Origin: Malacoraja senta
Taxonomy: Eukaryota
NCBI GenBank assembly: GCA_038087875.1
Contig: CM075977.1
Span: 271,498,001 to 271,562,000, forward strand
DNA length: 64,000 nt
Direction of reading: 5' to 3'
Shown piece after piece: positions 25,679 to 38,838 of this stretch. Every line of letters starts with the position of its first letter. Position 1 is the first letter of the stretch. The notes beneath the pieces were generated by a model. That model made no database searches. It was not told the DNA's origin and saw nothing but the letters and a program-made list of their open reading frames with translations. The position numbers and the translations under genes were made by a program.

Positions 25679-25912
25679 TTATTGTTCAGCACAACTGCAG
25701 AGATGTGTCAGCAACTTGATCGCCTGCATGGACACAAAGCCACAAGTGAGCAGATCACTTCCTCACCAGAGCAGATAACTGCGTACTTGAGAGTTTCTCC
25801 CAGATGCAGGAGGAGGTCCATGAATCCATTACTCTTCATTGTGAGGAGAGCCCTGGTCTCCCTCGGCCGAGAGCTTTGGAGGTGCAAAGACAGCCAATTC
25901 CAGATTAACTGT

Positions 25913-26058
25913 AGATAGACACAAAATGCTGGAGTAATTCAACGAGGCAGGCAGCATCTCTGGAGAGAAGGAATGGGTGATGTTTCAGGTCGAGACCGTT
26001 CTTCAGCATTTTGTGTCTATCTTCGATTTAAACCAGCATTGCAGTTCTTTCCTACATA
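25913..26058. mobile_element. Short Penelope-derived fold-back with 14-bp TSD
   Basis: TCCAGATTAACTGT at 25899-25912 and 26059-26072. Confidence 0.75.
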
Positions 26059-26822
26059 TCCAGATTAACTGTTTCTGGAGGTCTGTAATTAGATCATCAA
26101 AGAATCTGTAGACTAATAACTGCAATAACTACTGCAGTAATTGGTTTACCCTCTGACCATCGTAACATTGTCTACTGAATCGCAAGACTTCTCAGAGCAT
26201 ATACTCACGGGGTCTCCACAGCCGGCAATCTCAGAATGTTCAAAAGGACACTAAGTGCTGGAGTAACTCAACGGGTCAGAAAGCATCTCTGGAGAACATG
26301 GATAGGTGACATTTCATGTTGAGAACCGCCTTCAGATATCAGTCAGATGAATGCTCTCAACCTGAAACGTCACCTATCCATGTTCTCCAGAGATGCTACC
26401 TGACCCGCTGAGTCACTCCAGCACTTTGTTTCTGTCTTCAAATCACATAACAAACCGAGCTATGCATGGTGGATCACAATGCAAGACACAGCAGCACATC
26501 AAATAGATTGTATACATGACACACGGTTGTTCAGAATGAAACAAACACAGTGTATCAGATGGAATAAATACGAACTCCAGCTACTCCAGCACTTTGTGTT
26601 CCTTTGTGCATTCACCAACATCTGCAGTTCCTGGTTTGTTCATCGCCGAATGTTCCCTCGCTTGGCTGTGGACCGAAGTCTGGTCTGTCCTTGCGAGCTA
26701 GAGGTTCTTGTGGATGATCAAAGCCATCTGTTCACATTCCAGTTGATAGAAAGCACTCCCAGAAGGCAGACTGTGACCACAAAGGGAACACTGAGACATA
26801 ATGCTTGGAACTATAAACTCAC

Positions 26823-26920
26823 ATACATGGTTGTGAAACTTAAGAGGCACAGTATTTATCATAAAGATAGAGTGGCTGTTTCTTTTCCTCTTTAAATTCA
26901 TGTGCCTTTGCGAGAAATCT
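26823..26920 (-). CDS. Putative host gene, coding exon 6: (A)DFSQRHMNLKRKRNSHSIFMINTVPLKFHNHV
   Basis: Acceptor gtgttttaacag|, donor T|GTGAGT. 98 nt, only one frame open, phase 2 to 1. Confidence 0.6.
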
Positions 26921-27174
26921 CTGTTAAAACACAATCCTGTGATGAAAGGCCTCTTGTTATTTCTTTGCGATTGCTGGTTGTAATTTATCTTGTTGGGGCA
27001 CCTGTTGCTGTAGCGGCATTGACTGGCGTTCCTCGCTTGGGAGGTTTGTTAAATATATGTGTGCACGTGGCAGTGTTGTTCCATTAGAGGCTATTTCTCA
27101 ATTGAATGAAGCCTTCCACTGAGGATTACAGGTGAATGAAAGAGAATGTCTAGTGGAGACGAGCAGATTTCAGT

Positions 27175-28170
27175 AGGGACTAGCGCAGTTCCGCAGGGGT
27201 CGATGCTGGGGCCGCTACTCTTCACGTTGAATATCAATGATTTGGACGAGGGGATTGAAGGCTTTGTGGCCAAGATTGCGGATGATACGAAAATAGGTGG
27301 AAGGGCAGGTAGTGTAGAGAAAGCAGGGACGCCGCACATGGCCTTGGACAGGTTGGGAGAGTGGGAAGAGAAGTGGCAGATGGAATACAGTGTAGCAAAG
27401 TGTGGAATCATGCATTTTGTTAGTAGGAATAAAGGCGTAGATTAATTTCTAAATGGGGAGAGAATCCAGAAATCGGAGGTGCAAAGGGACGGGAGAGCTG
27501 GTGCATTATTCCCTAAAAGTTCATCTGCAAGTTGAATCGGTAGTAAAGAAAGCAAACTCAATGTTAGCATTTATTTCAAGAGGGCTTGTAATGCTGAGGC
27601 TCTATAAGGCGCTGGTAAGGCCGAATTTGGAATATTGTGAGCAATTTTGGGAACCATATCTGAGGAAGGATGTGCTGGCTCTGGAGAGGGTCCAGAGGAG
27701 GTTTACAAGAATGATCTCAGGAATGATTGGGTTAACCGAAGATTAGCACTGGGCCTGTACTCGCTGGAGTTTAGAAGGATGAGGGGGGACCTTATTGAAA
27801 CATACAGAATCGTGAAAGGCTTGGATAGAGTGGATGTGGAGAGGATGTTTCCACTAGTGGGAGAGTCTCAGACTAGAGGTCATAGCCTCACAATTAAAGG
27901 ATGTTCTTTTAGGAAGGAGATGAGGAGAAATTTATTTAGTCAGAGGGTGGTGAATCTTTTGAATTATTTGCCACAGAAGGCTGTGGAGGCCTTCAGTGGA
28001 TATTTTCAAGGCAGAGATAGATAGATTCTTGATTAGTACAGGTGTCAGGGGTTATGAGGATAAGGCAGGAGAATGGGGTTAGGAGGGAGAGATAGATCAG
28101 CCATGATTGAATGGCAGAGTAGACAATGGGCAGAATGGCCTAATTCCATTCCTATCCCTTATGACCTTAT
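27175..28170 (+). mobile_element. CR1 LINE 3' portion (RT C-terminus to tail)
   Basis: VPQGSMLGPLLF...ADDTK, LYKALVRPNLEYC, ERVQRRFTRMI. Confidence 0.9.
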
Positions 28171-28737
28171 GCATGTTCATTGTGAGAGCTGAGAATGAGC
28201 CCAAAGAGGTTGCCGCCGAGCCGGCCTCTGCTCACCCCATGCACAGGAGAGGAGGACTGAGAGCTGGTAAGCGGACGAATGGTGGGAAGCCAGGCAGGGC
28301 CTCAAAGGTGGACAGGGCTGCTGGAGACCCGGCCACAGCCTGGAGCTCAGCCCAGCGGACCAGCAAGCCACGGCTGTATGCTAACCGCCGGCCCTGCTCA
28401 CCTGGAGAAGGAGGGCCGCAGAGCTCGGCCCTTGCTCGCTCAGTGGATCGAGAATCGGAGAGGGGGTGGAAGGAGGCAGGAGAATGGCACTGAGAGGGAA
28501 AGATAGATCAGCCATGATTGAATGGCAGAGTAGACATGATGGGCCAAATGGCCTAATTCTGCTCCTAGAACTTATGAACATGTGTGTTGCAAGACACAGC
28601 AGACCCAGATGAAATCTGTGTAGTAGCAAGGTATATCCTGGAGTTGTTCAGTCTTATAGAGGTCAAAATCACATCTTGTGGACGCTATTAGCATTCCTCC
28701 GCAATGATTCTGTTAACCGTGGGCATTCATTGTAGTT

Positions 28738-28962
28738 AGACACAAAATGCTGGAGTAACTCAGCGGGACAGGCAGCATCTCTGGAGAGAAGGAATGGATG
28801 ATGTTTCAGGTCGAGACCCTTCTTCAGATTGAATCAGTCTGATGAAGGGTCTCAACCCGAAATGCCACCCATTCCTTCTCTCCAGAGATGCTGCCCATCC
28901 CGCTGAGTTACTCCAGCATTTTGTGTCTACTTTCGATTTAAACCAGCATCTGCAGTTCTTTC
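28738..28962. mobile_element. Penelope-derived fold-back element with hammerhead motifs on both strands (representative copy)
   Basis: Long inverted repeat of the Penelope terminal sequence. CTGATGA...GAAA at 28839-28863 and the inverse at 28801-28827. Confidence 0.75.
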
Positions 28963-29543
28963 CTTGGTATTCATTACAGTCGTGGTCTGCAACAGTGTGA
29001 GACAATTTAACTGGAGAAAGGCAGGTCAGCTGTTGTCCCCTGGGATCCATCCTGTTGGCTAGTTGCAGCCTCTGAAGATGCCTGGCAGCTTGCTCTGACA
29101 GAGAACTAACCCATTGTGAGTGTTGGCAGGATTGCTAACAGTCCCCATGAAGTACTGCTTCTGATAATCAACCATGGCCAATATGTTCAGTGAGCAAAGA
29201 CGTTTGCTGTTGACAGTTATATTCATGCCAAACAGCCAATTCTCTGGCCAAGCTATATGCAAGAATTTCTGACTATCCACTCATCCGTGCATAAGAGCTC
29301 TACTCAATAATAATGTGTAGGAAGGAAAAGGGTCTGAAGAAGGGTCTCGACCCGAAACATCACTTATTCCTTTTCTCTGGAGATGCTGGCTGCCTTGCTG
29401 AGTTACTCCAGCTTTTTGTGTCTATACTCCATTGTAATGATCTTTTTGTCGACATTTATTGATCTATCACAAATTTCTACTGGCTGCCAACCTATCACTA
29501 AATGTTGATGGGCAGGTTGTGCTGGCTTGGATCCACTACTCAC

Positions 29544-29655
29544 GCGTCCGCACTAGGAGTTATTTGTAGAGGCCCAATATCACAGTACCGCAATTGTAGT
29601 GGTAAGGCTATAACCAGTGCATGAACATCACACTGATGGAGCCTCTGCACTGCAC
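29544..29655 (-). CDS. Putative host gene, coding exon 5: (G)AVQRLHQCDVHALVIALPLQLRYCDIGPLQITPSAD
   Basis: Acceptor tatattag|, donor GC|GTGAGT. 112 nt, only one frame open, phase 1 to 2. Confidence 0.65.
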
Positions 29656-31522
29656 CTAATATATAATTATTTCAAAATTAATCAGGCATCGCGCAACAGC
29701 CTGGCGTTAGGCAATTTAGTTATCAACACAATAATATCATGGTTAAAAATTAATACCTGCTGAAATGACAGAGTACGTTGAACGCATGTTTTTCTCTTCT
29801 GAGGTGACATGTAACACTGAGAATCCAAGAACAGTCACTGCATCTGACTTCAATGACCCACGAAACAAAAACTGGTGACAATTCTCAATACTAAACAATT
29901 CTTCAAGCAAAGGCCATAAAGTACAGGAGTAATTCAGCAAGTCAGGCAGCATCTGTGGAGAACACGGATAGGTGACGTTTCAGGTCGGATTACTTAGGGA
30001 CATTTCTGACCACAGTCTGAGGAAGGGTTCCGACCCGAAACGTCACCTATCCAGTTTCTCCAAAAATGCTGCCTGACCCATTGAGTTATTTATTCCAGCA
30101 CTCTGTGTCTGGTTTTGTAAACCAACATTTGCAGTTCCTTGTATCTTCCAGCATTGGCTTTGAATTGGAATGTTTGAACCAAGATAAGAAAGTTAAATAC
30201 AGGTAGTTGTGCCTGCCAAGTCTGACAGATGATCTGGCAATGTAACAATGGAAAGTTTGGAGGTATCAGAGTGCTGGGGCCACAAATGTAAAACAAAGGC
30301 TTCACTTGTCCACTGAGAGGTGGCCAGGCAATGAACATTTGACATCGGTTTTCAATGGCAAACTCTCCAATAGCTGCTCAGAAAAGGATAGACCTTTTAA
30401 GTTATGTTGGAAAAGGCTTTCATCCTCTGCTTAAAGCCCACGTACCAGTCAGAATTTCTTCAGCATGAATGCTTACATCATTATCGCATGTCAAATGATG
30501 CCTCTATTGCACTCCTAAGGGCTTTTAGGCATGAGTGCACCACAGACAAAGACCAGTAATTCAATTTCACAGTGCACACCATGCAATTGATTTCCTGAGC
30601 CTACCTATCTGTGTGAGATGATTATTAACGAGAGGAATTGGTGGAATGAGTTACTTGGTGTGTTGCAACATTATGTGAGAATATGTTTACATTGCTTTCT
30701 AAATATGGCCAAAGAGGGAAACATTTGTGGATGCATTTAGAATTATTGACTCATAAAGTTAACAAAGCACAGAAAAGAAGCTATTTGACCCATCAAGGTA
30801 CAGCTGATTTCAAGAGATCAATACCATATCAAGTCCTATGTCGCCACACTTGCTGCATTGCTCTCCAAATTGTTCTCTATCAAATGCCTATCCAATTCCA
30901 ATTTTTCAATCCCTGGTTGATGCTGTTTATCCTTTGTGTAGTGAGTTCCTGATTGGAACTACTTTTTGCATGAAGTATTTTCCTATCTTTAGGCCAATTT
31001 TTATAAATTTGTGCTCCTTGGCTCTTGATTCATCTGCTGCTTGGAATATCTTCTTTTTATTTACGCCGGCTCAAGACGTCATGATTTTGTATACAAGTCT
31101 GACCGTTAACATTTAATTTGAAATACAACAGTATCCTTAACAAAGCCTTCACAACTTTTAACCTTTTCCAATATTTCAGCCTGAAAATAGAAAAGATTAA
31201 CCAATAAGTTGAGAGAGCACTGTTTTCCAGCTTGCGGTTTCACCACATGAGCTCCACCTGCAGCTTTTTGTAAATTAATCTTCCTAAATATGAGGCAAAC
31301 ATGCAGAACATACCACAGAGAGATTTAAATTTCATGCCACTGTAACGTATTGAAGGTCTTAAAATACCCATTTATGCAGTTGATGTCATCGCATATTCAG
31401 ATAATGATTTCATTTCTATTGTAAGGTCCAGACTGTATTTCACTCTGTAACTGATTCAAAGATCACATTCTTCAGTTGCCAGAAATGCCTGATACAGTGC
31501 TGTGCAGCTTAATGTGGCCTAA

Positions 31523-32080
31523 AGGGCCTGTCGCCCGGGCATGCGACTCCATGCAGCAAGCGCGACCTAACCGCAAGTGGGGGCCGTGCGGGGGCCGCGC
31601 GGAGGTCGAGTGATCCCCGTACAGGGCCGGTCCCACCAGCATGCGGCTGCATGCGGCAAGTGCTACCAAATCGGAAGCGGGGGCCGCGCGGAGGTCGAGT
31701 GACGTCAAGACGGTGCGTACGGCAGCGAGGCGGTGCGCAAGGCTGTTGAGGCGGTGCGCAGGCCTCGAGGCAGCTGCGTCCGGTGTCGAGGCGGTGCGCA
31801 CGGCCTCGAGGCGGCTGCGTCCGGTGTCGAGGAGGTGCGCACGGCCGTCAATGCGGCGCGCACGGCCTCGATGCGGCTGCGGGGCGGCAGGCCGTTGCCG
31901 CACGGAATTTTTGAACAGTGTCAGTTTTTCAGAGCCCCGCGCGATGTCGGGACCAGCTCCGCACAACTCCATACGGCTCCGGCGATCAAAGTGGGACCGG
32001 CCCCGCGGCCCCTGCACGGCCCCCGCTTGCGGTTAGGTCGCGTTTGCCGCATGGAGTTGCATGCCCGTGGGACAGGCCCT
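31523..32080. mobile_element. Harbinger-type MITE with ~80-bp TIRs and GC-rich internal tandem repeats
   Basis: AGGGCCTGTC...GACAGGCCCT, flanks TAA/TTA. Confidence 0.85.
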
Positions 32081-32234
32081 TTACTTCATGCATGAGGGAC
32101 TCTTGTTGACACAATGTAGAATATGTACCAGAAAAAGAGGCAGCTTCCAGCCCTCATGTTAAGTTCCTTGGCGTGTAAGCGTAACACAGTTCAAATTTAA
32201 ATTCAGAGCAGTTAGTTCACACAATCTGTGTGAA

Positions 32235-32815
32235 TGGGCTGTCCCACTTGGGCGACCTAATCCGCGAGTTCTGTCGAGTTTGCCCTCGACTCATACTCGC
32301 AGCGTGGTCGACACGAGGTCGTAGGAGGTCTTTGTAACTCTCCTTCACACTCGAGAGTGGTCTCCGCGTACTCGAGGCCTCAACTAGGTCGCGGCGTATT
32401 TTTCAACATGTTGAAAAATGCCTGCGAGTAAAAAAAGGTCGCCATGGAAAAAATTGATACTTTATTTACTCGTAGGTTTATTCATAGTAGCTCGTGGCAG
32501 GTTGTAGTAGGTCGGCATGTTAGTCGTAGGTAATCGAGGGTAGTCGAAGGTAGTCATAGATAGTCTTCATCATAGTCGAAGGGAGGTCAAAGGAGATCGA
32601 AGGAGGTCGTCTTCACTCTCCACTATTCGGTGTCCAATTTTCCCGAAGTTAGTCGTAGCTAGTGGTAGCTAGTCGAAGTTAGTCTTCAACATAGTCGAAG
32701 GAGGTCGAAGGAGGTCTTCTACATAGTTGAAGGGGGTCTTCAACATGACATTTTTCCAAACGCTCCTGAACTCTTCTAAATTCGCCAATTAGGTCGCCCA
32801 AGTAGGATAGCCCCT
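32235..32815. mobile_element. Harbinger-type MITE
   Basis: TIR GGGCT(G/A)TCC(C/T)ACTTGGGCGACCTAAT, internal TAGTCGAAG repeats. Confidence 0.8.
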
Positions 32816-32865
32816 TAACAAAACAATTTTTACAATATCCATCTATGTTTATATGAAAGTATAAT

Positions 32866-33180
32866 GTTTAGTTTAGTTTAGTTTAATTTAGTTTAGAGAT
32901 ACAGCATGGAAAGAAACCTTTCAGCCCACCGTGTCCGTACCGACCAGTGATCCCCGCACACTAACACTATCAAACACACACTGGTGACAATTTACAATTA
33001 TACCAAGCCAAATAGCCTACAACCCTGTACGTGTTTGGAGTGTGAGAGGAAATCGGAGGTCTCGGAGAAAACCTAGGAGAAAACGTACGTACATACTCTG
33101 TACAGACAGCACCCGTAGTCGGGGTTGAACCTGTGTCTCTGGCGCTGCAAGGAACAACGCTACAGCTGCGCCACCATGCC
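32866..33180 (-). mobile_element. V-SINE (HE1-like)
   Basis: Same family. Confidence 0.85.
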
Positions 33181-34948
33181 GTATTTTTAGACACTTATCA
33201 TTGTTTATTACTTGTTGTTAATTGTTAATTACTTGTGGTTCATACACACTATTCCATTAAGACACCAGAGTAGACACAAGGAACAACTTGTGCTGGTTTA
33301 TAAATAAAAGACACAGAGCTCAATTGTCCCTCGCCATTGAGATAATCCATTTTCTATTTTCCCTGCCAAAGTGGACGATTTCCTACATACATTGCATTTG
33401 TGATATCTTTGCTCATTCACTCAATCTACACAAATCACTTGCGTAGGAAGGAACTGCAGATGCTGGTTTACACCAAAGATAGACACAAAATGCTGGAGTA
33501 ACTCAGTGGGACAGGCAGCATCTCTGGAGAAATAAAATAGTTGACATTTTGAGTCTAAACCCTTCTTCAAACCCTTCATCTCCAGAGATGCTGGCTGACC
33601 TGCTGAATTACTCCAGCATTTTGTGTCTACCTAAATCACTTTGAAGCATCCTATTCCACTGCACAATTTCCCCACTTATCTTTATACTATCTGCAAAGTT
33701 AGCAAACATACTTTTGGTGCCAAGGATAAATTATAAAAAATCGAGCTCCAACACTGCCCCCTGTGGTACACATAGTTACTTACATCTTGTCAACCAGAAA
33801 AATGACCCATTAATGCTTACTCTCTGTTTCCTGTTTGCCAACCAATTTTTGATCCATGCCAATACATTAACTCCTAGCATGAGCCTTTTGAAATAATAGT
33901 TAGCAAAATCTGATAATTGTTTCAAATGAATGCAAACAAATGCACCAAAGCCCTTCTCAGATAATCAAGTGCAAGTTTATTGAAGGTGGATGAAAGAGCC
34001 AAATACATTTTCTTCAGAATCCTCCACACTTACATGTTGTTTTATTTTGTCTACATTTCATCCTTAATGTGTAGAAAATGAGGAGGTTTCTTTAGGAGTG
34101 TGCAATTCTGCCAGACCTTAATTTCCATCTATAAGGGCACCACCGTGTCATAGCGGTAGAGCAACTGCCTTACAGCGCCAGAAACCCGGGTTCGATCCTG
34201 ACGTTGGATGCTTGTCTGTATGGAATTTGTACGTTCTCCCCTGTCTAACTGTTTCTTATACGTTAGGTTAGTCCCTGCCTCAACTACCTCCTCTGGCAGC
34301 TTGTTCCATACACCCACCGCCCTTTGTGTGAAAAAGTCACCACTCAGATTCCTATTAAATCTTTTCCCCTTCACCTTAAACCTATTTCCTCTAATCCTCA
34401 ATTCACCTACTCTGGGCAAGAGAATCAGAGCATCTAACCAATCTATTTCTCTCATAATTTTATACACCTCAATAAGATCACCCCTCGTACTCCTGCGTTC
34501 CAAGGAATAGAGTCGTAGCCTACTCAACCTCTCTCCATAGCTCACACACTCTAGTCCTGGCAACATCCTCGTAAATCTTCGCTGTACCCATTTCCAGCAT
34601 GACAACTTCTTTTCTATAACATGGTGCCCAGAACTGAACACAATACTCTAAATTAGGGTCATTAACCAGAAACATTGACTCTAATTTTTCTCCACAAAAA
34701 GCGACCTGGCTTGCTGAATATTATTTTCAGCAACACTTCTTTTTGGTTTTCCGGCATCTGCATTTTTTTTCAGTGCATGTACAGGTATGCATAATGATTT
34801 GTTTCATGTTAGCTGTTGAACATCTCTCTTCTGTAAAAATTTATCTTGAAAGTAAGAAAAGTACTTATTGGCAGAGATCGCAACTTTTACAATGTGTGTG
34901 GTAAATGTTTGAGCAGTTAATGTCGATGGTGCTTTGTACACCACTTAC

Positions 34949-35145
34949 AGCATTTTGCATGTTCAGCAGCTACCATGTCATGCCATGGGAGACCCAGATC
35001 AAACACTTGACAATGGGCTGAATGTGCATAAAAAGTGTCCAATTCCATTGCGTAATCATAGATAAAATTTGCAAGTAATTAGTTCCCTGGCCTTCATCTT
35101 GCACTGATTGTTCTGGGTGATTTTGTTGAATTTAAGAGAGGTAGG
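34949..35145 (-). pseudogene. Duplicate of putative exon 1 inside intron 4 (ATG at 35048; MELDTFYAHSAHCQVFDLGLPWHDMVAAEHAKC)
   Basis: Near-identical to 57650-57846, with acceptor, ATG and GTAAGT donor all intact. Part of the 34135-35480 duplication. Confidence 0.55.
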
Positions 35146-35169
35146 CTACAGAAAGTGTTGCATAGTTTG

Positions 35170-35480
35170 GGCCGCTCGTTGGCACAGCAGTAGAGTTGCT
35201 GCCTTACAGCGCCAGAGACCCGTGTTCAATCCTGACTACGGGTGCTGTCTGTACGGAGTTTTATGTTGTCCCCGTGACTGCATGGGTTTTCTCCGAGATC
35301 TTTGGTTTCCTCCCACACTCCAAAGACGTACAGGTTTGTCAGTTAATTGGCTTGGTATAAATGTAAATTGTCCCTAGTGTGTGTAGGATAGTGTTAGTAT
35401 GCGGGGATCGCTGGTCGGCGCGGACTTGGGCCGAAGGGCCTGTTTCCCCGCAGTATCTCTAAACTAAACTAAACTAAACA
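35170..35480 (+). mobile_element. V-SINE (HE1-like), paralog of 57870-58180
   Basis: Same family, (TAAAC)n tail. Confidence 0.85.
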
Positions 35481-35884
35481 CAGAAAAAAAATTATTACTT
35501 GTGCTGGAACAAAGATATTTATTAGATGGAAGGTTGATATTGAATAAAAGGGATGCAAAGGGTCTCAACTATTTATAAGTAACCACATGCATCTCAATGA
35601 TGCAATCTAACACTATCTTTATAGTCCAACATCATCATTTATATCAGTGAGGCTTGGTATTGTTTGAGAGAAGTAATAAACTTGTCACTAACAAGTGTAT
35701 TCTTATTTCTGCTCCAAAAAAAACCCAGATCTAATGCAATTATAACTGCTTAATATACAGGGAAGAATGATTGACAAATAGAATCTGGTTTGTAAATGAC
35801 AGGAAATTGAATTCTTCATTTTTGAGTTTCATATACTGATTTTGAAATTGATTGTTTCAGGATGATGAAGACTGCAATTCGTTT

Positions 35885-36165
35885 CAAGTTTAGTTTAGAG
35901 AAACATGGAAACTGACACATGGAAATGAGTCCCCACCGACCATTAATTACATGCACACTACTAGTTCCATGTTGTCCCACTTCCGCATCCTACACACTCG
36001 GAACAATTTACAGTAGCCAATTAACCTTCAAACCTGCACATTTTTGGAATGTGGGAGAAAACTAGAGCACCCAAACAAAGTACAGGGAGAACGTACAAAC
36101 TGTACACAGCACCCATAGTCAGGATCGAACCCGGGTCTCTGGCACTGTGAGGCAGCAACTCTTCT
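35885..36165 (-). mobile_element. V-SINE (older copy)
   Basis: Same family, diverged. Confidence 0.75.
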
Positions 36166-36487
36166 GTGTCAGCCAAATATATTCTACAGTAGAATATAGG
36201 TAAAGATTGTAGAATTGCCATAGAGAAAGCATCATCTGTTCTAATTTAAATAGAAAATTGGGCAAGTTTTTTACATTCGCATAAGTAGAGCTTTTACATT
36301 CGCATAAGTAAACCCTAAAACAAATAAATATTAACAAAAACATATCAGATAACACAATCGTGCTCTATTTCTAAATTAAAAATAAATTAAATTAAAATGA
36401 ACATACACGATGATGGGCCTTACGATCAACATCTGCAAAAACAAAATTCCTCTACCAAGTTGCTCTCGTGATACAATACCACCCTCT

Positions 36488-38778
36488 CAGGGCCGGATTT
36501 ACGTATAAGCTAGACACGCATAAGCTTAGGGCCTCGAGATCTAGGGGGGCCTCTGCTCGCTCCACCAAGGTGTGTTAAACTTTTGAGATAGTGGCGTTGT
36601 TACAAACCCTACCATCAGTGGCGCTGTGCGAGAGTGGCGTTGTTACAAAACCTACCATCGGTGGCGCTTTGCTTGCGATTCCGGAGGCTTTGGTGGTGTG
36701 GGGGGAGGGGGGAGGGGGGGGAGGGGGGGGGGGGGGAAGGGGTTAAAATGCAGGTGAGTATATATATGTTGTGGAGAGGAATTTGCTCCACAGATCCTTG
36801 GAAGTGCAGGACAAAGGAAAAGGTATGTAGTTTATTTAACCTTTTCCCCACCAAACTTCGCCACCGCATGGAGTGGCCTACGCACCTCGCCGCCGCACAG
36901 GGGGCCTACACACCTCGCCGTCGCACGGGTGGCCTACACACCTTGCCGCCGCACGGAGGGGCCTACACACTCGCCGCCCCACGGTGGGGGGCGGACTCAC
37001 CTCGCCGCCGCACGGGGGGCCTTCCCAATTCACCGCCGCACGGGGGCCTACACACCTCGCCGCCGCACGGAGGGGCCTACACACCTCGCCGCCGCACGGA
37101 GGGGCCTACACACCTCGCCGCCGCACGGAGGCCGTCCCAATTCGCCGCTGCACGGGGGCCTACACACAATCGCTGCCGCACGGAGGGGCCTTCCCAATTC
37201 GCCGCCGCACGGGGGGCCTACCAGATTCACCGCCGCACGGGGTGGCTACCAAATTCACCGCCGCACCTGGGGCGGACTCACCTCGCCGCCCCGCCAACCA
37301 TCCGCCCACCGGGACCTCCCACGCTTTGCTCGCCACTCCACCGCCCTCCAGCAGCCCGCAGCCGTCGCCTTACCTGAAGCCTGGACTCATCACCGAGCCT
37401 GAAGTTTCCACCAAAGATATTAGAGGAGCTCCTCTAGTATCTTTGGTTTCTACGCTGCAGATTCCCACTCCCCTGGGTTTGACTACGCTGGGTCCTAATG
37501 CTAGTCTCCCCATCTCTGGTAACCTCAGTGGCTGTTCCATTGGGTCTTCCCCATTCCCCTCAAACCATGTGACCCCAACTCTTCCCCACCCACACTACAG
37601 TCCTCATACCACCCTACCCCCTGACCACCCACCACCTCCCCACCAGACATCACCTCGGCCTCAGCCCACTCACCTGCCTTCCTCCCGGCCCCAACCCCCA
37701 TCCCTGCCGTGTGTTCACCATCCCCCTGACCTCCCCCTCTCAGATACCGAACGGTTTGTCCACAGCAGAGGCCTCATCTTTGTCCCTTCCATCGGCCGAT
37801 AATTAGTAAAGTTAAGAATTGGTCTACCAAACTGCTTGTGAGTTGTCTGTTTATTAAGAAGTGAACCTGTTTGTTTAGTTATAAGTTAGCCTTTTTCAAG
37901 GAGATTTGATTCAGATTTTGCAATATAATTGTCAATAAGGAACAATTCTTTAAGAAACATTTCAGATGGCCTTCTCTAATGTGAAAGCAATCTTGGGGCT
38001 GTTTCTTAGCTTAATGGTCACCAAATGCTCGGGAGAGAGGTCTTTTTCAAGACTCAAAAGAATCAAAAACGAATTATGGTCCACAATATCTCAAGACGGG
38101 TTGTCTGCAATGAGCATTCTGTGCATTGAGAGTGACAAACTTAGACCAAACAGATCTTGATGAACTTCTGGATGATTTTGCTATGAAGAAAGCGAGAAAA
38201 AAACATTTTTGCTCTCAGTGTATTTGTAGTTTCTTTATTTCTTAATATTCCACATTCAATTCAAGAGACACTTATTGTCACATGCACCAATTGGTACAAT
38301 GAAATTTTGGGGTCACCATCCGACGTCGAAACGGGAGAACATTCTCAGCGGCTTGGACTTCCGAATCGGCCACTTGTTACCGGAGACCGCCGTTCCCGAA
38401 GTCCACAGGCTGAGCTGTGCGGAGATTCACGCTGGCGGCCCTCGGCAAAGGGATCCCAGGGCTCCACGATGTTGAAATCAGCGCGGCCTGAGGCTGGGAG
38501 CTCCGCAAACCACAGCTCCATGATGTTGAAGCAGCAGGCCCAACACTCCAGAGCTTCAGACGGCGATCCAGGTAAAGCATCGCCCGCTCCGCGGTGAATC
38601 CAATATGTATTTTTAAAACCAACTGTTTAATGACAACATACAGTAGGATCTAAAAGTGTCACACTGTCACTGTCGGGTAGTCATGGTCCTCTAGTCGTGG
38701 GGGTGGGTGATTGGGGGGAGGGGGGAGCCTCACCAAATGAAATAGCTTAGGGCCTCTCTTCATCTAAATTCGGCCCTG
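36488..38778 (+). mobile_element. Composite non-autonomous hAT transposon
   Basis: TIR CAGGGCCG(G/A)ATTTA, 8-bp TSD CACCCTCT (36480-36487 and 38779-38786), hAT C-terminal dimerisation remnant at 37966-38160 (SGERSFSRLKRIKNEL). Confidence 0.9.
36858..37290 (+). repeat. GC-rich minisatellite, ~27-29-bp unit, ~15 copies, inside the hAT
   Basis: Units GGGGCCTACACACCTCGCCGCCGCACGGA with a variant CCTTCCCAATTCGCCGCCGCACGG. Confidence 0.9.
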
Positions 38779-38838
38779 CACCCTCTGAAAATAAAGATCC
38801 CAGACAAGACCCTACAAAAGATAGATTACTCCTCTTAC

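Larger units (their letters stand above)
34135..35480 (+). repeat. Local segmental duplication, copy A (paralog of 54031-54760 plus 57616-58180)
   Basis: Same half-SINE/CR1 junction, same unique spacer, same exon and same downstream SINE. High identity by eye. Confidence 0.93.

Noticed and set aside
24830-25900. Coding-like ORFs 24638..25918 as host exons
   Set aside because: No consistent splice sites or frame, and interrupted by a MITE. More like an old decayed LINE.
31472-32109. Overlapping Arg/Ala-rich ORFs on both strands
   Set aside because: They lie in a GC-rich MITE with long TIRs and are compositional artefacts.
36634-37802. Long ORFs (247, 309, 157 aa) as genes
   Set aside because: Produced by a stop-free GC-rich minisatellite and a Penelope fragment inside a hAT element.
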